64,000 bases of DNA from Candidatus Cloacimonadales bacterium (GCA_963677495.2 CAXXOU010000004.1:1152001-1216000); one strand, 5' to 3'. Positions 40,420 through 51,131 are shown, counted from the first letter of the stretch. A program made the numbers and translations. The notes: a model not told the origin generated them from the letters alone.

Positions 40420-41496
40420 TTAATCTCCCTGGGAATCGATCTGTGATTCAATGGCTAGAATATAATATACCTCCGGGTTCATAAGATTGATTTTGACAGG
40501 TATATAACCATAAACTGTAGATAAGAATCTATAGCTTTTATAAACTTGTATCTCATCTGTACCCTTGTATTTAACTGCAAACGATATAGCCTTATTGTTA
40601 TGATTTTGTTCTTCTAACATATATGCTCTGATATAAGCTATATTGTTGTTAACTCTTCCAAACCCTTTGCAGTCATCCCCAATATAAATACCAACTTCTT
40701 TTACATCATCAAAATCAGGAAGTTTCACAATAACGGGCAGATAATCTACTTGTTCTTCGAACGAGAAGTATTGGGATTGATAAGAAGATATTTCTTTATT
40801 CTGATTTTCTACGGCTTTTCCCCAACCTGCAAAAGTAAACGATTTATCGTAAACAAGTTCAATCATATCTCCATAACTGATAAAAGCGTTCTTTTCTCCT
40901 TCCCAAACATAGTTACCGACAGAACCGGTTCTATAAATAAACCAGTCTTGATGCTTAATTGCAATGCAATAGTCTTCTATTTCAGTAACAAAGTCATGAA
41001 AGTTGTAATGTTTACCCTCCTTCCAAAAACCAAGCCAGAATCGGGAAACTCCGGAACAAGTATGTTTGATAGGAACTTTTGTTGTATCTGGCAGTTTAGG
41101 TCCCGCAAGACTCATTTCTACTGTATTTTCTAGTTCAATTTTATACCCCAAGCAACTTCTAATTGCTACGGTCCCATTGTTCCAAACGACTCCAGACCAA
41201 TCTGCGTAATCTACTACATCCTGTGAATCTACATGTACTGATTTAAATATGGTCTCAAATTGTGATAGTTGTCTTCTAAGTGTAACTGATTCATCAATAC
41301 TATTACCTCTCAACCATAATCCATCGTTCAAAGAATCTGCTTTAATTCTGGGAAAAGAAATCCAATGAATACCTGCATCTAGTTGTCGGTTATCAGTATT
41401 CCGCTCGATGAACTCATCTGAAACTGCATGTTGAGATAATAATGAGCTACTCATCATTAAGACTAGATAATATAGAAAAAGCATAATTCTCTTCAT
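40420..41496 (-). CDS. Secreted hypothetical protein
   Basis: 358-aa ORF with signal-like N-terminus and AAGGAG RBS; abuts the next gene; motifs GIHWISFPR, GYKI, IKHQDW, YGDMIEL, EVGIYIGDDCKG. Confidence 0.75.
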   Translation of the reverse strand: MKRIMLFLYYLVLMMSSSLLSQHAVSDEFIERNTDNRQLDAGIHWISFPRIKADSLNDGLWLRGNSIDESVTLRRQLSQFETIFKSVHVDSQDVVDYADWSGVVWNNGTVAIRSCLGYKIELENTVEMSLAGPKLPDTTKVPIKHTCSGVSRFWLGFWKEGKHYNFHDFVTEIEDYCIAIKHQDWFIYRTGSVGNYVWEGEKNAFISYGDMIELVYDKSFTFAGWGKAVENQNKEISSYQSQYFSFEEQVDYLPVIVKLPDFDDVKEVGIYIGDDCKGFGRVNNNIAYIRAYMLEEQNHNNKAISFAVKYKGTDEIQVYKSYRFLSTVYGYIPVKINLMNPEVYYILAIESQIDSQGD

Positions 41497-41618
41497 CAGA
41501 GCTCCTTACAGATACCGAATATGTTATTTGTAATAAGCATATTTGGTTTGTCAAATGGTTTATTCGATTGCCATTTGTTTGTTTGCAGAATCCCACTGAT
41601 ATTCGATATATCTCTTTC

Positions 41619-41815
41619 GCCCCTACAGGGCTCTGCATTTTTGGGGGATTTTTTACCCCCACGCTCACGCATGGGGCTATTAAACATTAGCTCCATCAGA
41701 GCTGGAACACCCAGCTAAACCTTCGGAATGGTCCTTAGACCTTTCGAATGTACTGTACATCGAAGAAACTATCTCGGACTTGCGTTGTAGCGATAGCATG
41801 ACGCGAGAACGAATC
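41619..41815. repeat. REP-like hairpins plus partial copies of shared repeat modules
   Basis: GCCCCTACAGGGC, CCCCAC..ATGGGG; ACCTTCGGAATGGTCCTTAGACC at 41719; GGACTTGCGTTGTAGCGATAGC..CGAGAACGAA at 41776 (compare 2924 and 13965). Confidence 0.75.
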
Positions 41816-41950
41816 AGACTCCGAGTACCGGAAAACAAAGTGTCCATTTTATATAAATTATTTTAGAAGTGCTAAGATTGAATCTAAGATTCATGACATC
41901 TTTCAAGCACGTATTTTCTTTAATTTCTCCCTCTACTCTCAGCAGTAACT

Positions 41951-42022
41951 CTTGCTAGACACTTGGTAAACACTTGGCAAACCCTTGGCCTATTCTTGGC
42001 CTAATTACCAAGAATAGGCCAA
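41951..42022. repeat. 11-bp-phased CTTG ladder with 15-bp perfect inverted repeat
   Basis: CTTG at 41951, 41962, 41973, 41984, 41995; TTGGCCTATTCTTGG 41985-41999 pairs with CCAAGAATAGGCCAA 42008-42022. Confidence 0.75.
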
Positions 42023-42244
42023 TTTATTAACAGGATATAACCATTCTGAAATCATGAATTACTGCTGACACTAGAGAGAGTACTATAGTTATGAAGAGAG
42101 ATGTAATCGTTATAATGATCTTAGTTATACCTTCAGCAAGAAAGTCCTAAGGACAATTTAAAAGCTGAAGAGAAAATTAAACCTTTACATAAGTAACTTC
42201 AAAGTTAAATTTGCTAAACATAGAAATTCTACAAAGGAGAAATA

Positions 42245-44107
42245 ATGAAAGAGGGAAAACGTAGTAATTTCAGCATGGGGATAAAAAGGTTTATAGCGTT
42301 TCTTATTGATGCAGCTTTAATCTACTTAGTCTATATTTTAATCTCTTTACCAAACTTTGTAAGTGGGATGAACAGTCCTGATGCTTTTAAATCATTAAGT
42401 GATTCAATTGGTGCAACATCTGTAATCATCATTCTACTTCCACTAATGTACACAACACTGCTGTGGAGTATGGCAGGAGCAACAGTTGGTATGTTGGCAA
42501 CCAGAATACGAGTCATAGATGTAAGGAGTGGCAGAAAACCACGACTTTACATTGCTTTATGGAAATATCTATTATCATTTGTATCCTGGTTCTCAATTGC
42601 AATTGGACATATCTGGATGCTTTGGGATCCGCAGAAGCAGACACTAGCTGATAAAGGCTCCAAGACCTATGTAGTTTCAAAAGTAGAGAGAACTGAAGGT
42701 GCTTTTCAACACTTTGTCGGCGATACTAGTCGATGGACACTTGGTAAGATTATTCTTATTGTTTCAACGCTGATCGCATCCTTTGTTGTCTATTCATATC
42801 ATCAGGATTATCCATTGTTACCGGAAGTTGTTGATTGTTTAAAGGATTATAAACCAGATACAAATCCTGACAATAATGGTTACTATTCTTACATTGCATT
42901 TGGTGTAGAACCTGAGATGAATTCTCATGAGATGGGTATAAAGATAGTTAAGTCTATCAACAGTGTACTCATTGATTCACTAGCATTGGCAGATATGCAA
43001 GCTCAAGCTATGATTGTGAAAAGACATCAGTTCATTGATAACGGTTTACCGATTGATGTAAATGATATACTCATTGCTGAAGATGATAAATACATTGAAA
43101 CAATGAGAAAAAACAAAGATGTGATTACAAAAAACTATAAGCAATACAGTTACTTATACGATAGATACGTAGATTTATCTAAGTATGCATCTTTCAGAAA
43201 GAAGCTTGTCCCCCATTTCTTATACCCATCTATTAATCCAATGAGCTTGGTTACCTACCAAAGACTATTCTCTGCTAACATGGTGAATGAATATATTAGT
43301 GGCAACAGAGCAAAGAGTATTGAGCTAATGAAACAGGGTTATGCAACAACTACTAATATTCTTTATAATAGTGATACATTGATGATGAAACTTGTTGGCT
43401 CAATAATCTATTTTATTCACACTAATGCTTCTAACAAGTTGATTGGATACACAGATAAGATAGACTCAGGACTTTACGATTATATTTTAAGTTTAGAGGA
43501 ACCGGGATTAGATAAAATAAGTCTTCGTAAGGCATATGAAACAGAGTTTATCTTTAAGATCGTGTCAAGTCTGTTTATGATGGATAACGTTTCTGATGTT
43601 TGGGATGATTATGTGATTACACCTGAAGAGTTGAATCTTAACTCATCATCACAATATAAGATGAATGCCGTTGCTAATCATGACTATCTATTCACCAGAC
43701 ATTTAGCTGACTATTCAGAACTACCATATCATGAGTGTCCTGATAAATCTACTGAAGAGTTCACTCCTAAATTCTCTAAGTTCGAATATATTAACAACCT
43801 TATGGGAATGATACTTATCCAAGTTCAAACAAGTAAAGCTACATCAAACTATAATAAATACAGTATTAAAGTTAGAGACACTGCAATATCTACCAGGTTA
43901 CAAAAAGTAGCTGTTATGATTAAACGAAACAGACCCAAAGATGTGAAGGCATATCTTGCTAAACTACCTGCTGAACTGCAAAACCCATATATTCAAAAGC
44001 CATTTAAATGGGATAATGAAACGGGAACAGTTTATTTTGAAGGTCCAGCACATCAATCACAGAAAGCAATAAGATCAATAAAAACAGGATATATTTCTGA
44101 ATCATAA
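42245..44107 (+). CDS. RDD-family membrane protein with large C-terminal extracytoplasmic domain
   Basis: KRFIAFLID, GATVGM..IRV, WDPQKQTLADK..TYVV; AAGGAG RBS. Confidence 0.85.
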   Translation: MKEGKRSNFSMGIKRFIAFLIDAALIYLVYILISLPNFVSGMNSPDAFKSLSDSIGATSVIIILLPLMYTTLLWSMAGATVGMLATRIRVIDVRSGRKPRLYIALWKYLLSFVSWFSIAIGHIWMLWDPQKQTLADKGSKTYVVSKVERTEGAFQHFVGDTSRWTLGKIILIVSTLIASFVVYSYHQDYPLLPEVVDCLKDYKPDTNPDNNGYYSYIAFGVEPEMNSHEMGIKIVKSINSVLIDSLALADMQAQAMIVKRHQFIDNGLPIDVNDILIAEDDKYIETMRKNKDVITKNYKQYSYLYDRYVDLSKYASFRKKLVPHFLYPSINPMSLVTYQRLFSANMVNEYISGNRAKSIELMKQGYATTTNILYNSDTLMMKLVGSIIYFIHTNASNKLIGYTDKIDSGLYDYILSLEEPGLDKISLRKAYETEFIFKIVSSLFMMDNVSDVWDDYVITPEELNLNSSSQYKMNAVANHDYLFTRHLADYSELPYHECPDKSTEEFTPKFSKFEYINNLMGMILIQVQTSKATSNYNKYSIKVRDTAISTRLQKVAVMIKRNRPKDVKAYLAKLPAELQNPYIQKPFKWDNETGTVYFEGPAHQSQKAIRSIKTGYISES

Positions 44108-44181
44108 CTTGCAGATGTTTTTGATTGACTTAAACTATCTCAAAGCGTAAATGACATAAAATAATATTCTACGGAGGAACA

Positions 44182-44586
44182 ATGAAAATAGCTAATTATA
44201 AAGACATAGAACTTGAAAATGTCAATGTCGAAGGTGCAGTAAACACAAAGATTCGTTGGATGATTGCCCAGAAAGATGGAGCTCCTAACTTTGCACTCAG
44301 AATGTTTGAAGTAGAAGCAGGTGGAAACACTCCTTATCACAAACATGCTTGGGAACATGAAGTGTTTGTACTCGAAGGTGAAGGTGAGTTTGTAACAGAA
44401 CGTGGTTCTCAGAAGTTCGGTACTTGGGATACAATCTATGTTGATCCTAATATGTATCATCAGTTCAAGAACGTTGGTGATTCAATGATGCGTTTCTTAT
44501 GCATAATCCCTCACCCTGAACAGGAAGCACCAAAGAAGAAAGAAGTTAAAAACCCATTTGCTGCCGGTGTAGCAAATAACTGCTAA
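44182..44586 (+). CDS. Cupin domain protein
   Basis: GAPNFALRMFE..GGNTPYHKHAWEHEVFVLEG, HQFKN. Confidence 0.9.
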   Translation: MKIANYKDIELENVNVEGAVNTKIRWMIAQKDGAPNFALRMFEVEAGGNTPYHKHAWEHEVFVLEGEGEFVTERGSQKFGTWDTIYVDPNMYHQFKNVGDSMMRFLCIIPHPEQEAPKKKEVKNPFAAGVANNC

Positions 44587-44594
44587 ACAGATTT

Positions 44595-44622
44595 GAGAGG
44601 TTCCCAAGTGGAACCTCTCTTT
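44595..44622 (+). terminator. Intrinsic terminator after the cupin gene
   Basis: GAGAGGTTCC/GGAACCTCTC stem followed by TTTATAT. Confidence 0.7.
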
Positions 44623-44700
44623 ATATATTAATACACGGAAGACTGATTCTTCCAATTAACTTAGTTTACGGCATTTATATTAATACAATTTGGAGATAAA

Positions 44701-45762
44701 ATGAAAGCTCAACACAAAACATTCTTTAAAAACCTTGTTACATCATACAGTCCATCAGGATATGAGAAACCGGCTCAGAAAGTTTACTATGACTATGTAA
44801 AGAAATTTGCGGATAACGTAGAAGTTGATGTAAACGGAAACGTTATTGCTCATAAGAAAGGCAAAGGTAAGTTCTCTGTTATGCTTGTAGGTCACGCTGA
44901 TGAAATTGGTTTAATGGTTAGCCATATTAGTGAAGATGGCTATATCTATTGTAAACAGATTGGTGGTATTGATGCATCAATCCTCCCTGCTCTTCGCATG
45001 AATATACATCACGAAGGTAAAATCGTAAGAGCGATTGCAGGACGTAAAGCAGCTCATATGATTAAGGGTGACGAAGGCAAAGTAAAGCTTAACGATATCT
45101 GGTTTGATATTGGTGCTAAAGATAAGAAAGAAGCTTTAAAGCGTGTTTCAATTGGTGATATTGTTACTTATAATGCAGACTATGAAGTTCTCAATGGTGA
45201 CCTTATTGCCACAAAGGCAACAGACAACAAAGCCGGTGTATTCGTAGCCGGTGTTGTTCAAGAGCTTTTAGTAAAAGATAATACTTATGCAGATGTATAT
45301 AGTGTTGCATCTGTGAAAGAGGAGATTGGTGGTTATGGAGCACAAACAAGCTCACATAGAATCGATCCTGATCTTGCACTTGTTTTTGATGTAACCTTTA
45401 CATCTGACCATCCTGGTGTAGATAAGAAAGTTTACGGTGACATTGCTCTTGGTGATGGTCCTGTGTTATGCTTAGGTGCTAACATAAATGATAAAGCTTT
45501 AGCTCTTCTTAAAGAAACTGCAAAAGAGTGCAAAATTCCGGTACAGTATGAAATCTCTACCATGAGAACCGGTACAGATCTTGATTCTATCTTCTCAAAC
45601 AAGAATGGAATCCCATCTGCACTTATTAGTATACCAAACAGATATATGCACAGTCCAAATGAAGTTGTTAGTCTTAAAGATCTTGAGAACGCCGCAAAAC
45701 TAACTGCTGAGTTCATAAAGAAGATCGATGCAAAATTTGATCTTTACCCATTCAAATTCTAA
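44701..45762 (+). CDS. M42 family metalloaminopeptidase
   Basis: SPSGYE, GHADEIG, FDIGA, ATDNKAG, KEEIG, DVT, GTD, RYMHSPNE. Confidence 0.92.
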   Translation: MKAQHKTFFKNLVTSYSPSGYEKPAQKVYYDYVKKFADNVEVDVNGNVIAHKKGKGKFSVMLVGHADEIGLMVSHISEDGYIYCKQIGGIDASILPALRMNIHHEGKIVRAIAGRKAAHMIKGDEGKVKLNDIWFDIGAKDKKEALKRVSIGDIVTYNADYEVLNGDLIATKATDNKAGVFVAGVVQELLVKDNTYADVYSVASVKEEIGGYGAQTSSHRIDPDLALVFDVTFTSDHPGVDKKVYGDIALGDGPVLCLGANINDKALALLKETAKECKIPVQYEISTMRTGTDLDSIFSNKNGIPSALISIPNRYMHSPNEVVSLKDLENAAKLTAEFIKKIDAKFDLYPFKF

Positions 45763-45774
45763 GGAGTGTAGAAC

Positions 45775-46539
45775 TTGATAGAAGTTACAAATCTAACTAA
45801 AGAGTTTAAGCAGAAGAACGGAGAGGTTCAACGGGCAGTTGATTCTCTCAGTTTCACTGCTAAAGATAGTGAAACTGTATGCTTGTTAGGAGTCAATGGT
45901 GCCGGAAAGACAACAACCATGAGAGTTTTGTCTACTATCTTGCATCCAACTTCCGGTACTGCTTCCATTCAGGGTTATGATATCCTTACTGATGGACAGA
46001 AAGTGCGTGAGAATCTTGGCTTTCTTTCAGGTGATACAGGACTCTACAATCGTCTGAGAGTGAAGGAATTCTTGAACTATTTTGCTTCACTTTACGATGT
46101 TCCCAAAGATACAGCTAATCGTAGAATCGCAGAGATGGCACAGATGCTTGATATGGAATCATTCTTAGATAAGAAGATAGAGTTTCTTTCAACTGGTATG
46201 AAACAGAAGGTATCGATTGTGCGATCCATTATTCATGATCCACCTGTAATGATTTTTGATGAGCCTACATCCGGTCTTGATATTCTCACAGCGAGAAACA
46301 TCGTTGCCTTTATGCGCAGGTCGCGTGAACAAGGAAAATGTGTTCTGTTTTCAACTCATATTATGAGAGAAGCTGAGAGATTAGCTGATAGAATAGTTAT
46401 GATTCATAAAGGCAAAAAGCTAGCAGAAGGTACACTTGAAGAGTTGCAAGACAATAGTTCTATGAAGTATCTTGATGATATCTTTGTACATTTTGTTAAC
46501 CAAGTAGAAGAAGAGGAAATTGAACAACATGAATTTTAA
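45775..46539 (+). CDS. NatA-like ABC exporter ATPase
   Basis: GVNGAGKTT, LSTGMKQKV, FDEPTSGLD, STHIMREAE. Confidence 0.88.
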   Translation: MIEVTNLTKEFKQKNGEVQRAVDSLSFTAKDSETVCLLGVNGAGKTTTMRVLSTILHPTSGTASIQGYDILTDGQKVRENLGFLSGDTGLYNRLRVKEFLNYFASLYDVPKDTANRRIAEMAQMLDMESFLDKKIEFLSTGMKQKVSIVRSIIHDPPVMIFDEPTSGLDILTARNIVAFMRRSREQGKCVLFSTHIMREAERLADRIVMIHKGKKLAEGTLEELQDNSSMKYLDDIFVHFVNQVEEEEIEQHEF

Positions 46540-48550
46540 TAAAGTTGGAGCTATTTTTAAGAAAGAGATATTGGAAGTAGTCCGCGATAAAAGAACCATG
46601 TTCACTGTGATTCTTCTTCCAATGATACTGTACCCACTCCTATTCATTGGTGTAAGTTCGATTATGATGCGCCAGACTGTGAAGATTGAAGAGAAGGGTG
46701 CAAATGTAAATGTTGTGTGGGATATTGACCCATCTAATCAAGCTGATTTGGATATTATTTTAAATGAACTAAAAGCCCAGGAAGCTTTGCGCATAACGAC
46801 AATGCCATCTGATTATGAGTTCCCTGCAGATGCTAAACCTGATGCTACTATCACGATTCGTGATAGCTTAACAGCATCTAATACTTATGTATTTATAACA
46901 AGCACTGAGTATGATAATACTAAAGATAGTAGTGAGATGGGTTTTGGAAAGATTAGTTCTGCCTTTAAAGCAGCTGAGAAGCTTATTACTACAAAGCGTC
47001 TTGCTGAAATTGGCATTGGCGATGAATATCTCAATCTGATAATTACTAAGAGTAAATCTACAGCTAGTACAACACGAGTTTATGGCAAAGTTGCAGGTAG
47101 TTTCCTACCTTACATCCTGATGATGTTTATTGTAAGTGGTGGTGCTGTTGTTGCAACTGACCTGATAGCAGGTGAGAAAGAGCGTAAGACATTAGAGACT
47201 CTACTCATTAGTGCAGCAAAGCGGAATGAGATTGTTTTAGCTAAATATCTTACGATTATGGCAATGTCTGCTCTAAATGTCGTAGTGAACCTATTCAGTT
47301 TATCTATTTCAATGAAATATATTATGGCAAGCTCGGGATTAGATAGTAGTACTATAAGCATTCCGTTCATTAACTTTGTTTATATACTTATCGCATTGTT
47401 GCCGTTGATAACACTGTTCTCTGCCCTACTTCTTTCAATATCTACATTCGCTCGTAATATTAAAGAAGCGAAGAGCTATGAGTCACCACTCATGATGTTA
47501 GCAATGTTCTCAGGTATGGTATCAATGTTCCCCGGTATTGAAATGAACACGGGACTTGCTATGATTCCAGTTGTAAACGTAGCTCTTTTAATGAAAGAGA
47601 TATTAATGGGTGATTTTATTCTTTCGCATTTCTTGGCAACTGTAGGTTCCATTCTTGTATTGGATATCATCGCTATCATATTAACTGTGAAGCTCTTTAA
47701 CTCTGAAGGTATTCTCTTCAGAACAGAGGAGGAAACCAACCTTAAGAGCATTAAGAAGGATAAGAAGAACTTCTTCTCCCCTATGTTTGGAATTATCTAT
47801 TATACAATAGCTTTATTAGCTTTCTACTATTTAGGTGGTTACTGGCAAGGTAAAGACGTTATTTCAGGCTTAATGCGAACACAGGTGTTCATCATTCTGC
47901 TTCCTCCTTTCTTGCTTACAAGAATACTTAAAATGAATCCTAAGGAAATATTCAGACAGAACAAGACAAAAGCAGTAAACTTTGGTTTAGTTCTCTTAGG
48001 AGCTTTGCCATTAGCGATTGCAGCATCTTCATTAGCACAACTTGTTAACATGATCTATCCAATTCCTGCTGAGTATTTAGAGAAGCTTGCAGGAATAATA
48101 TCTATGCAAGATAGAAGTTTGTTGTATACTGTGTTTATTATAGGTGTACTACCGGGAGTTTGTGAAGAGATGATGTTCCGTGGTTTCATTACTCGCTTCT
48201 TTGAGAATGGTAAACCTTGGACCCCAATCTTGATTACTGCTGCACTGTTTGCAATATATCACCTTGATCCGTTTAGATTACTTTCAACTTTCTTATTAGG
48301 TATCTACATGGGTTATCTGTTGTACAAAACAGGCAGTATTTACGTACCAATTCTAGCTCATGCCTTAAACAACAGTATCGCTGTTCTGTTTACTAGAGCA
48401 GATGAGCTCACATTCCTGAAACCTTTGATTAGTGATGAAGGAGAAATCAAAACATTCTTGATTCCGATAGCTTTCTTAATTGTAGCAGGTGTTATATACA
48501 TGTTTATTAAAATGAACCCACCTTTAAAGGAATCTATGAAGATAGAATAA
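46529..48550 (+). CDS. NatB-like ABC permease fused to a CPBP (Abi/CAAX) intramembrane protease domain
   Basis: KKEILEVVRDKRT, DLIAGEKERKTLETLL, FARNIKEA; C-terminal EEMMFRG, FAIYH, HALNN. Alternative TTG start at 46520. Confidence 0.88.
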   Translation: MNFNKVGAIFKKEILEVVRDKRTMFTVILLPMILYPLLFIGVSSIMMRQTVKIEEKGANVNVVWDIDPSNQADLDIILNELKAQEALRITTMPSDYEFPADAKPDATITIRDSLTASNTYVFITSTEYDNTKDSSEMGFGKISSAFKAAEKLITTKRLAEIGIGDEYLNLIITKSKSTASTTRVYGKVAGSFLPYILMMFIVSGGAVVATDLIAGEKERKTLETLLISAAKRNEIVLAKYLTIMAMSALNVVVNLFSLSISMKYIMASSGLDSSTISIPFINFVYILIALLPLITLFSALLLSISTFARNIKEAKSYESPLMMLAMFSGMVSMFPGIEMNTGLAMIPVVNVALLMKEILMGDFILSHFLATVGSILVLDIIAIILTVKLFNSEGILFRTEEETNLKSIKKDKKNFFSPMFGIIYYTIALLAFYYLGGYWQGKDVISGLMRTQVFIILLPPFLLTRILKMNPKEIFRQNKTKAVNFGLVLLGALPLAIAASSLAQLVNMIYPIPAEYLEKLAGIISMQDRSLLYTVFIIGVLPGVCEEMMFRGFITRFFENGKPWTPILITAALFAIYHLDPFRLLSTFLLGIYMGYLLYKTGSIYVPILAHALNNSIAVLFTRADELTFLKPLISDEGEIKTFLIPIAFLIVAGVIYMFIKMNPPLKESMKIE

Positions 48551-48560
48551 CTTTATATAT

Positions 48561-48592
48561 AAAAGGGGCTATCTAATCAGATAGCCCCTTTT
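48561..48592. terminator. Bidirectional intrinsic terminator between convergent genes
   Basis: AAAAGGGGCTATCT-AATC-AGATAGCCCCTTTT. Confidence 0.85.
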
Positions 48593-48604
48593 CTACTATA
48601 TAAA

Positions 48605-49072
48605 TCATAGAGTTAGCAATTTTTTCTCATCTCCCAACCAGGCATACTTAACCTCTCCCACAAAGATTGTGTGGTCTCCTGATCTTACCTGCGAGACAAG
48701 CTCACACTCAAAGTTAGCAACAGCATTCTTCAGAATAGGCACCTTTCTATATCTACCTGGAAAGTATGGTTCGTTTATCTCTTTTAGCTTATCAATATCG
48801 CGCCCTGATTTACTTCCGCATATCTTAACAGCTTCTATCATCTCTGTAGAGGGATAGCAAAGATTAAAGCTCTTTGTGTTCTGTAAGCACTCATAACTAT
48901 AACGTGTATGTCCGATGGAGATTGCCAACATAGGAGGATTTATAGATGTCCGCATAAACCATTCTAATGTGATTAGGTTATGTTTTCCTTCCGGGGTTTC
49001 CATAATTGCCATTGTCACTGTGTTCATGAATTTTGTTTGCTTCCAAACCTCTATAAAGTCTTTCCTATTCAT
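48605..49072 (-). CDS. Flavin reductase-like family protein
   Basis: SINPPML, CGSKSGRDIDK, PILKNAVANFEC, GDHTIFVGEV. Confidence 0.9.
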   Translation of the reverse strand: MNRKDFIEVWKQTKFMNTVTMAIMETPEGKHNLITLEWFMRTSINPPMLAISIGHTRYSYECLQNTKSFNLCYPSTEMIEAVKICGSKSGRDIDKLKEINEPYFPGRYRKVPILKNAVANFECELVSQVRSGDHTIFVGEVKYAWLGDEKKLLTL

Positions 49073-49082
49073 TTGTTGCTCC

Positions 49083-50513
49083 TTATCTTCCGTTTAGGCA
49101 CCTTTTGTCTCTAAAGTTTCTGAATTCCCATTTGTAGATTAGGGATTTAAACATGCAACCGGCATCAATCTCAGGTCTACGAGAAATATATATCAAGAAC
49201 CAAGTAACAAGTACGAGTCCTTTAGCTACACTTGACATACTTATGCTCCACCATACTCCATTTAAACCAAGTAACTCTGGAGTTGCTATTAGTAATGCTA
49301 ATGGTACACGAGATCCTGTAAAGAAAATACTCACAAGTGATGGTGGCAATGTCTTTCCTAGTCCATTGAAAGCCCCGGCAGTAGTGATTTCCAAGCACAT
49401 AAAGAGCTGTGATAATCCCAATATTTTGAGATACACTGTACCAATCCTAAGAGCTTCCTCTTCAGGTATAAACAGGTTAAACAGAAATCTACCACCAAAG
49501 ATAAATAACAGCATTGCAAAAACACCAACAGATGCAGAAATGCCAAGGGTAGTGAAATATCCTTTCCAGATACGCTCCCAGTTCTTAGCTCCATAGTTCT
49601 GCCCTACAAATGCACTTAACGCTGTTGAGAAACCACTCGCTGTCATCCAAGAGATAGCTTCTAACTGAGTACCAACCTTCTGGGCTGCTATTGGAACCGG
49701 TCCCCATTGTGCTACAATTCTTGCTAAGAACATAGCAAAGATAGTGAAGAGTCCACTTTGTACGGCAACCGGTGAACCAAATCCAAAGATGGTCTTCCAA
49801 TACTTGAATTCAGGCAGATTGAATACTTTTATCTCTTTTACAGGTGCATTCTTACTTTTGAATAGCACAACGTAAATCAAAGAAACAACTAACTGCGCAA
49901 AGACAGTTGCAATCGCTGCACCTGCAATGCCAAGTTTTGGGAAAGGACCTACACCGAAAATGAGGATAGGGTCTAAAACTATGTTTATAATAAGTCCAAC
50001 GCTATTTACCCAAAACGGTGTTCTGCTATCCCCCATTCCATTATATATACCGGAAAAGACCGGGTTAATGAATGAGAATACCATACCGGGAAGCACTATG
50101 CTAATATATAGAATTGCATCATTGATTACTTGCTGATCACCAAGTTTAAAGAAACCTATAAGTTCCTCTTTAAAGAACCAGATTGTGATTGTATATATAA
50201 GTCCTAAAAGAAGATTTATCTGTATCGCGTTACGAGCGAATGAACGCACTGCATTTATATCTTTCTTTCCTACTGATTGTGCGACCCCCACCTCAGCACC
50301 AACTTTTGAGATGAGTATCAATGAGAAACCAAACCAGGTTAAAAAACCTGCAGTACCAACAGATGCAACAGCATTACTGCCTAATCTACCCAGCCACATC
50401 ATATCGGTCATGTTGTAAGCCATTTGAACAAGTGATGTCCCCATGATTGGTAGAGCTAGCATAATGAGTGCTCTTAGGATTGAACCTTGTGTTAAATCAC
50501 GTTTTGGTGCCAT
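49083..50513 (-). CDS. MATE family efflux transporter
   Basis: DLTQGSI..LALP, YNMTD, GDSRTP, NIVLDPILIFG..LGIAGAAIAT, GQNYGA. Confidence 0.93.
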   Translation of the reverse strand: MAPKRDLTQGSILRALIMLALPIMGTSLVQMAYNMTDMMWLGRLGSNAVASVGTAGFLTWFGFSLILISKVGAEVGVAQSVGKKDINAVRSFARNAIQINLLLGLIYTITIWFFKEELIGFFKLGDQQVINDAILYISIVLPGMVFSFINPVFSGIYNGMGDSRTPFWVNSVGLIINIVLDPILIFGVGPFPKLGIAGAAIATVFAQLVVSLIYVVLFKSKNAPVKEIKVFNLPEFKYWKTIFGFGSPVAVQSGLFTIFAMFLARIVAQWGPVPIAAQKVGTQLEAISWMTASGFSTALSAFVGQNYGAKNWERIWKGYFTTLGISASVGVFAMLLFIFGGRFLFNLFIPEEEALRIGTVYLKILGLSQLFMCLEITTAGAFNGLGKTLPPSLVSIFFTGSRVPLALLIATPELLGLNGVWWSISMSSVAKGLVLVTWFLIYISRRPEIDAGCMFKSLIYKWEFRNFRDKRCLNGR

Positions 50514-50677
50514 TATTACCTTCTTTTAAATCTATTTATTTCAGAAACTCATCAACTCCTTTTTTAGCAACATTTCTGTCAATGACAAGCTTTTTATATT
50601 TTATAGCAACCTTCCAATCTATCTCATGGTCATTATCATTACCTTAAAGCAACCACTCTACCAAAACACAGCCTTCC

Positions 50678-50985
50678 CACTGTTTTCCCACTGTGCACGC
50701 ACTGTGCACGCAGTGAAACAGTGGGTTAGCAGTGCCTTCACAGTGCGTGCACAGTGCAGACACAGTGGGTTGATTGAAAGAGCAGTAAAAGTGAGTTAAA
50801 AGGGCATTAAGTATAGCTAAGTTGTTGAAAATGGCACTGCGTATGATATTCTGAAGCTGTCACCATTGCGACCATCGGGAGTTCGGGGAATTGCGACTTC
50901 GAAGTACATTCAGTAAGTCCGTTGCTTTATCAAGCCGACAAACTCCCTGAAATGCGGTAAGTCATTGCAAAAGGCACTGTGTATG
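50678..50985. repeat. Composite intergenic repeat, copy 3
   Basis: Ladder from 50678; 27-bp direct repeats at 50819 and 50959; AAGTCCGTT..ACAAACTCCCTGAAATGC module. Confidence 0.9.
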
Positions 50986-51083
50986 TCACCCTGAGCGGAA
51001 TGAACGCAATGAAATGAAGTGAATGCACGGAAGGTGCACTTTAAAACCCACCCCATCAAACAATCAAAAATGCAGACATATAC

Positions 51084-51111
51084 AAAAGAGACCGGTTAAA
51101 TCCGGTCTCTT
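51084..51111 (-). terminator. Intrinsic terminator
   Basis: AAGAGACCGG/CCGGTCTCTT stem followed by a T-run, 20 nt after the stop at 51132. Confidence 0.75.
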
Positions 51112-51131
51112 GAATATAGAAGCGTTAAAGC

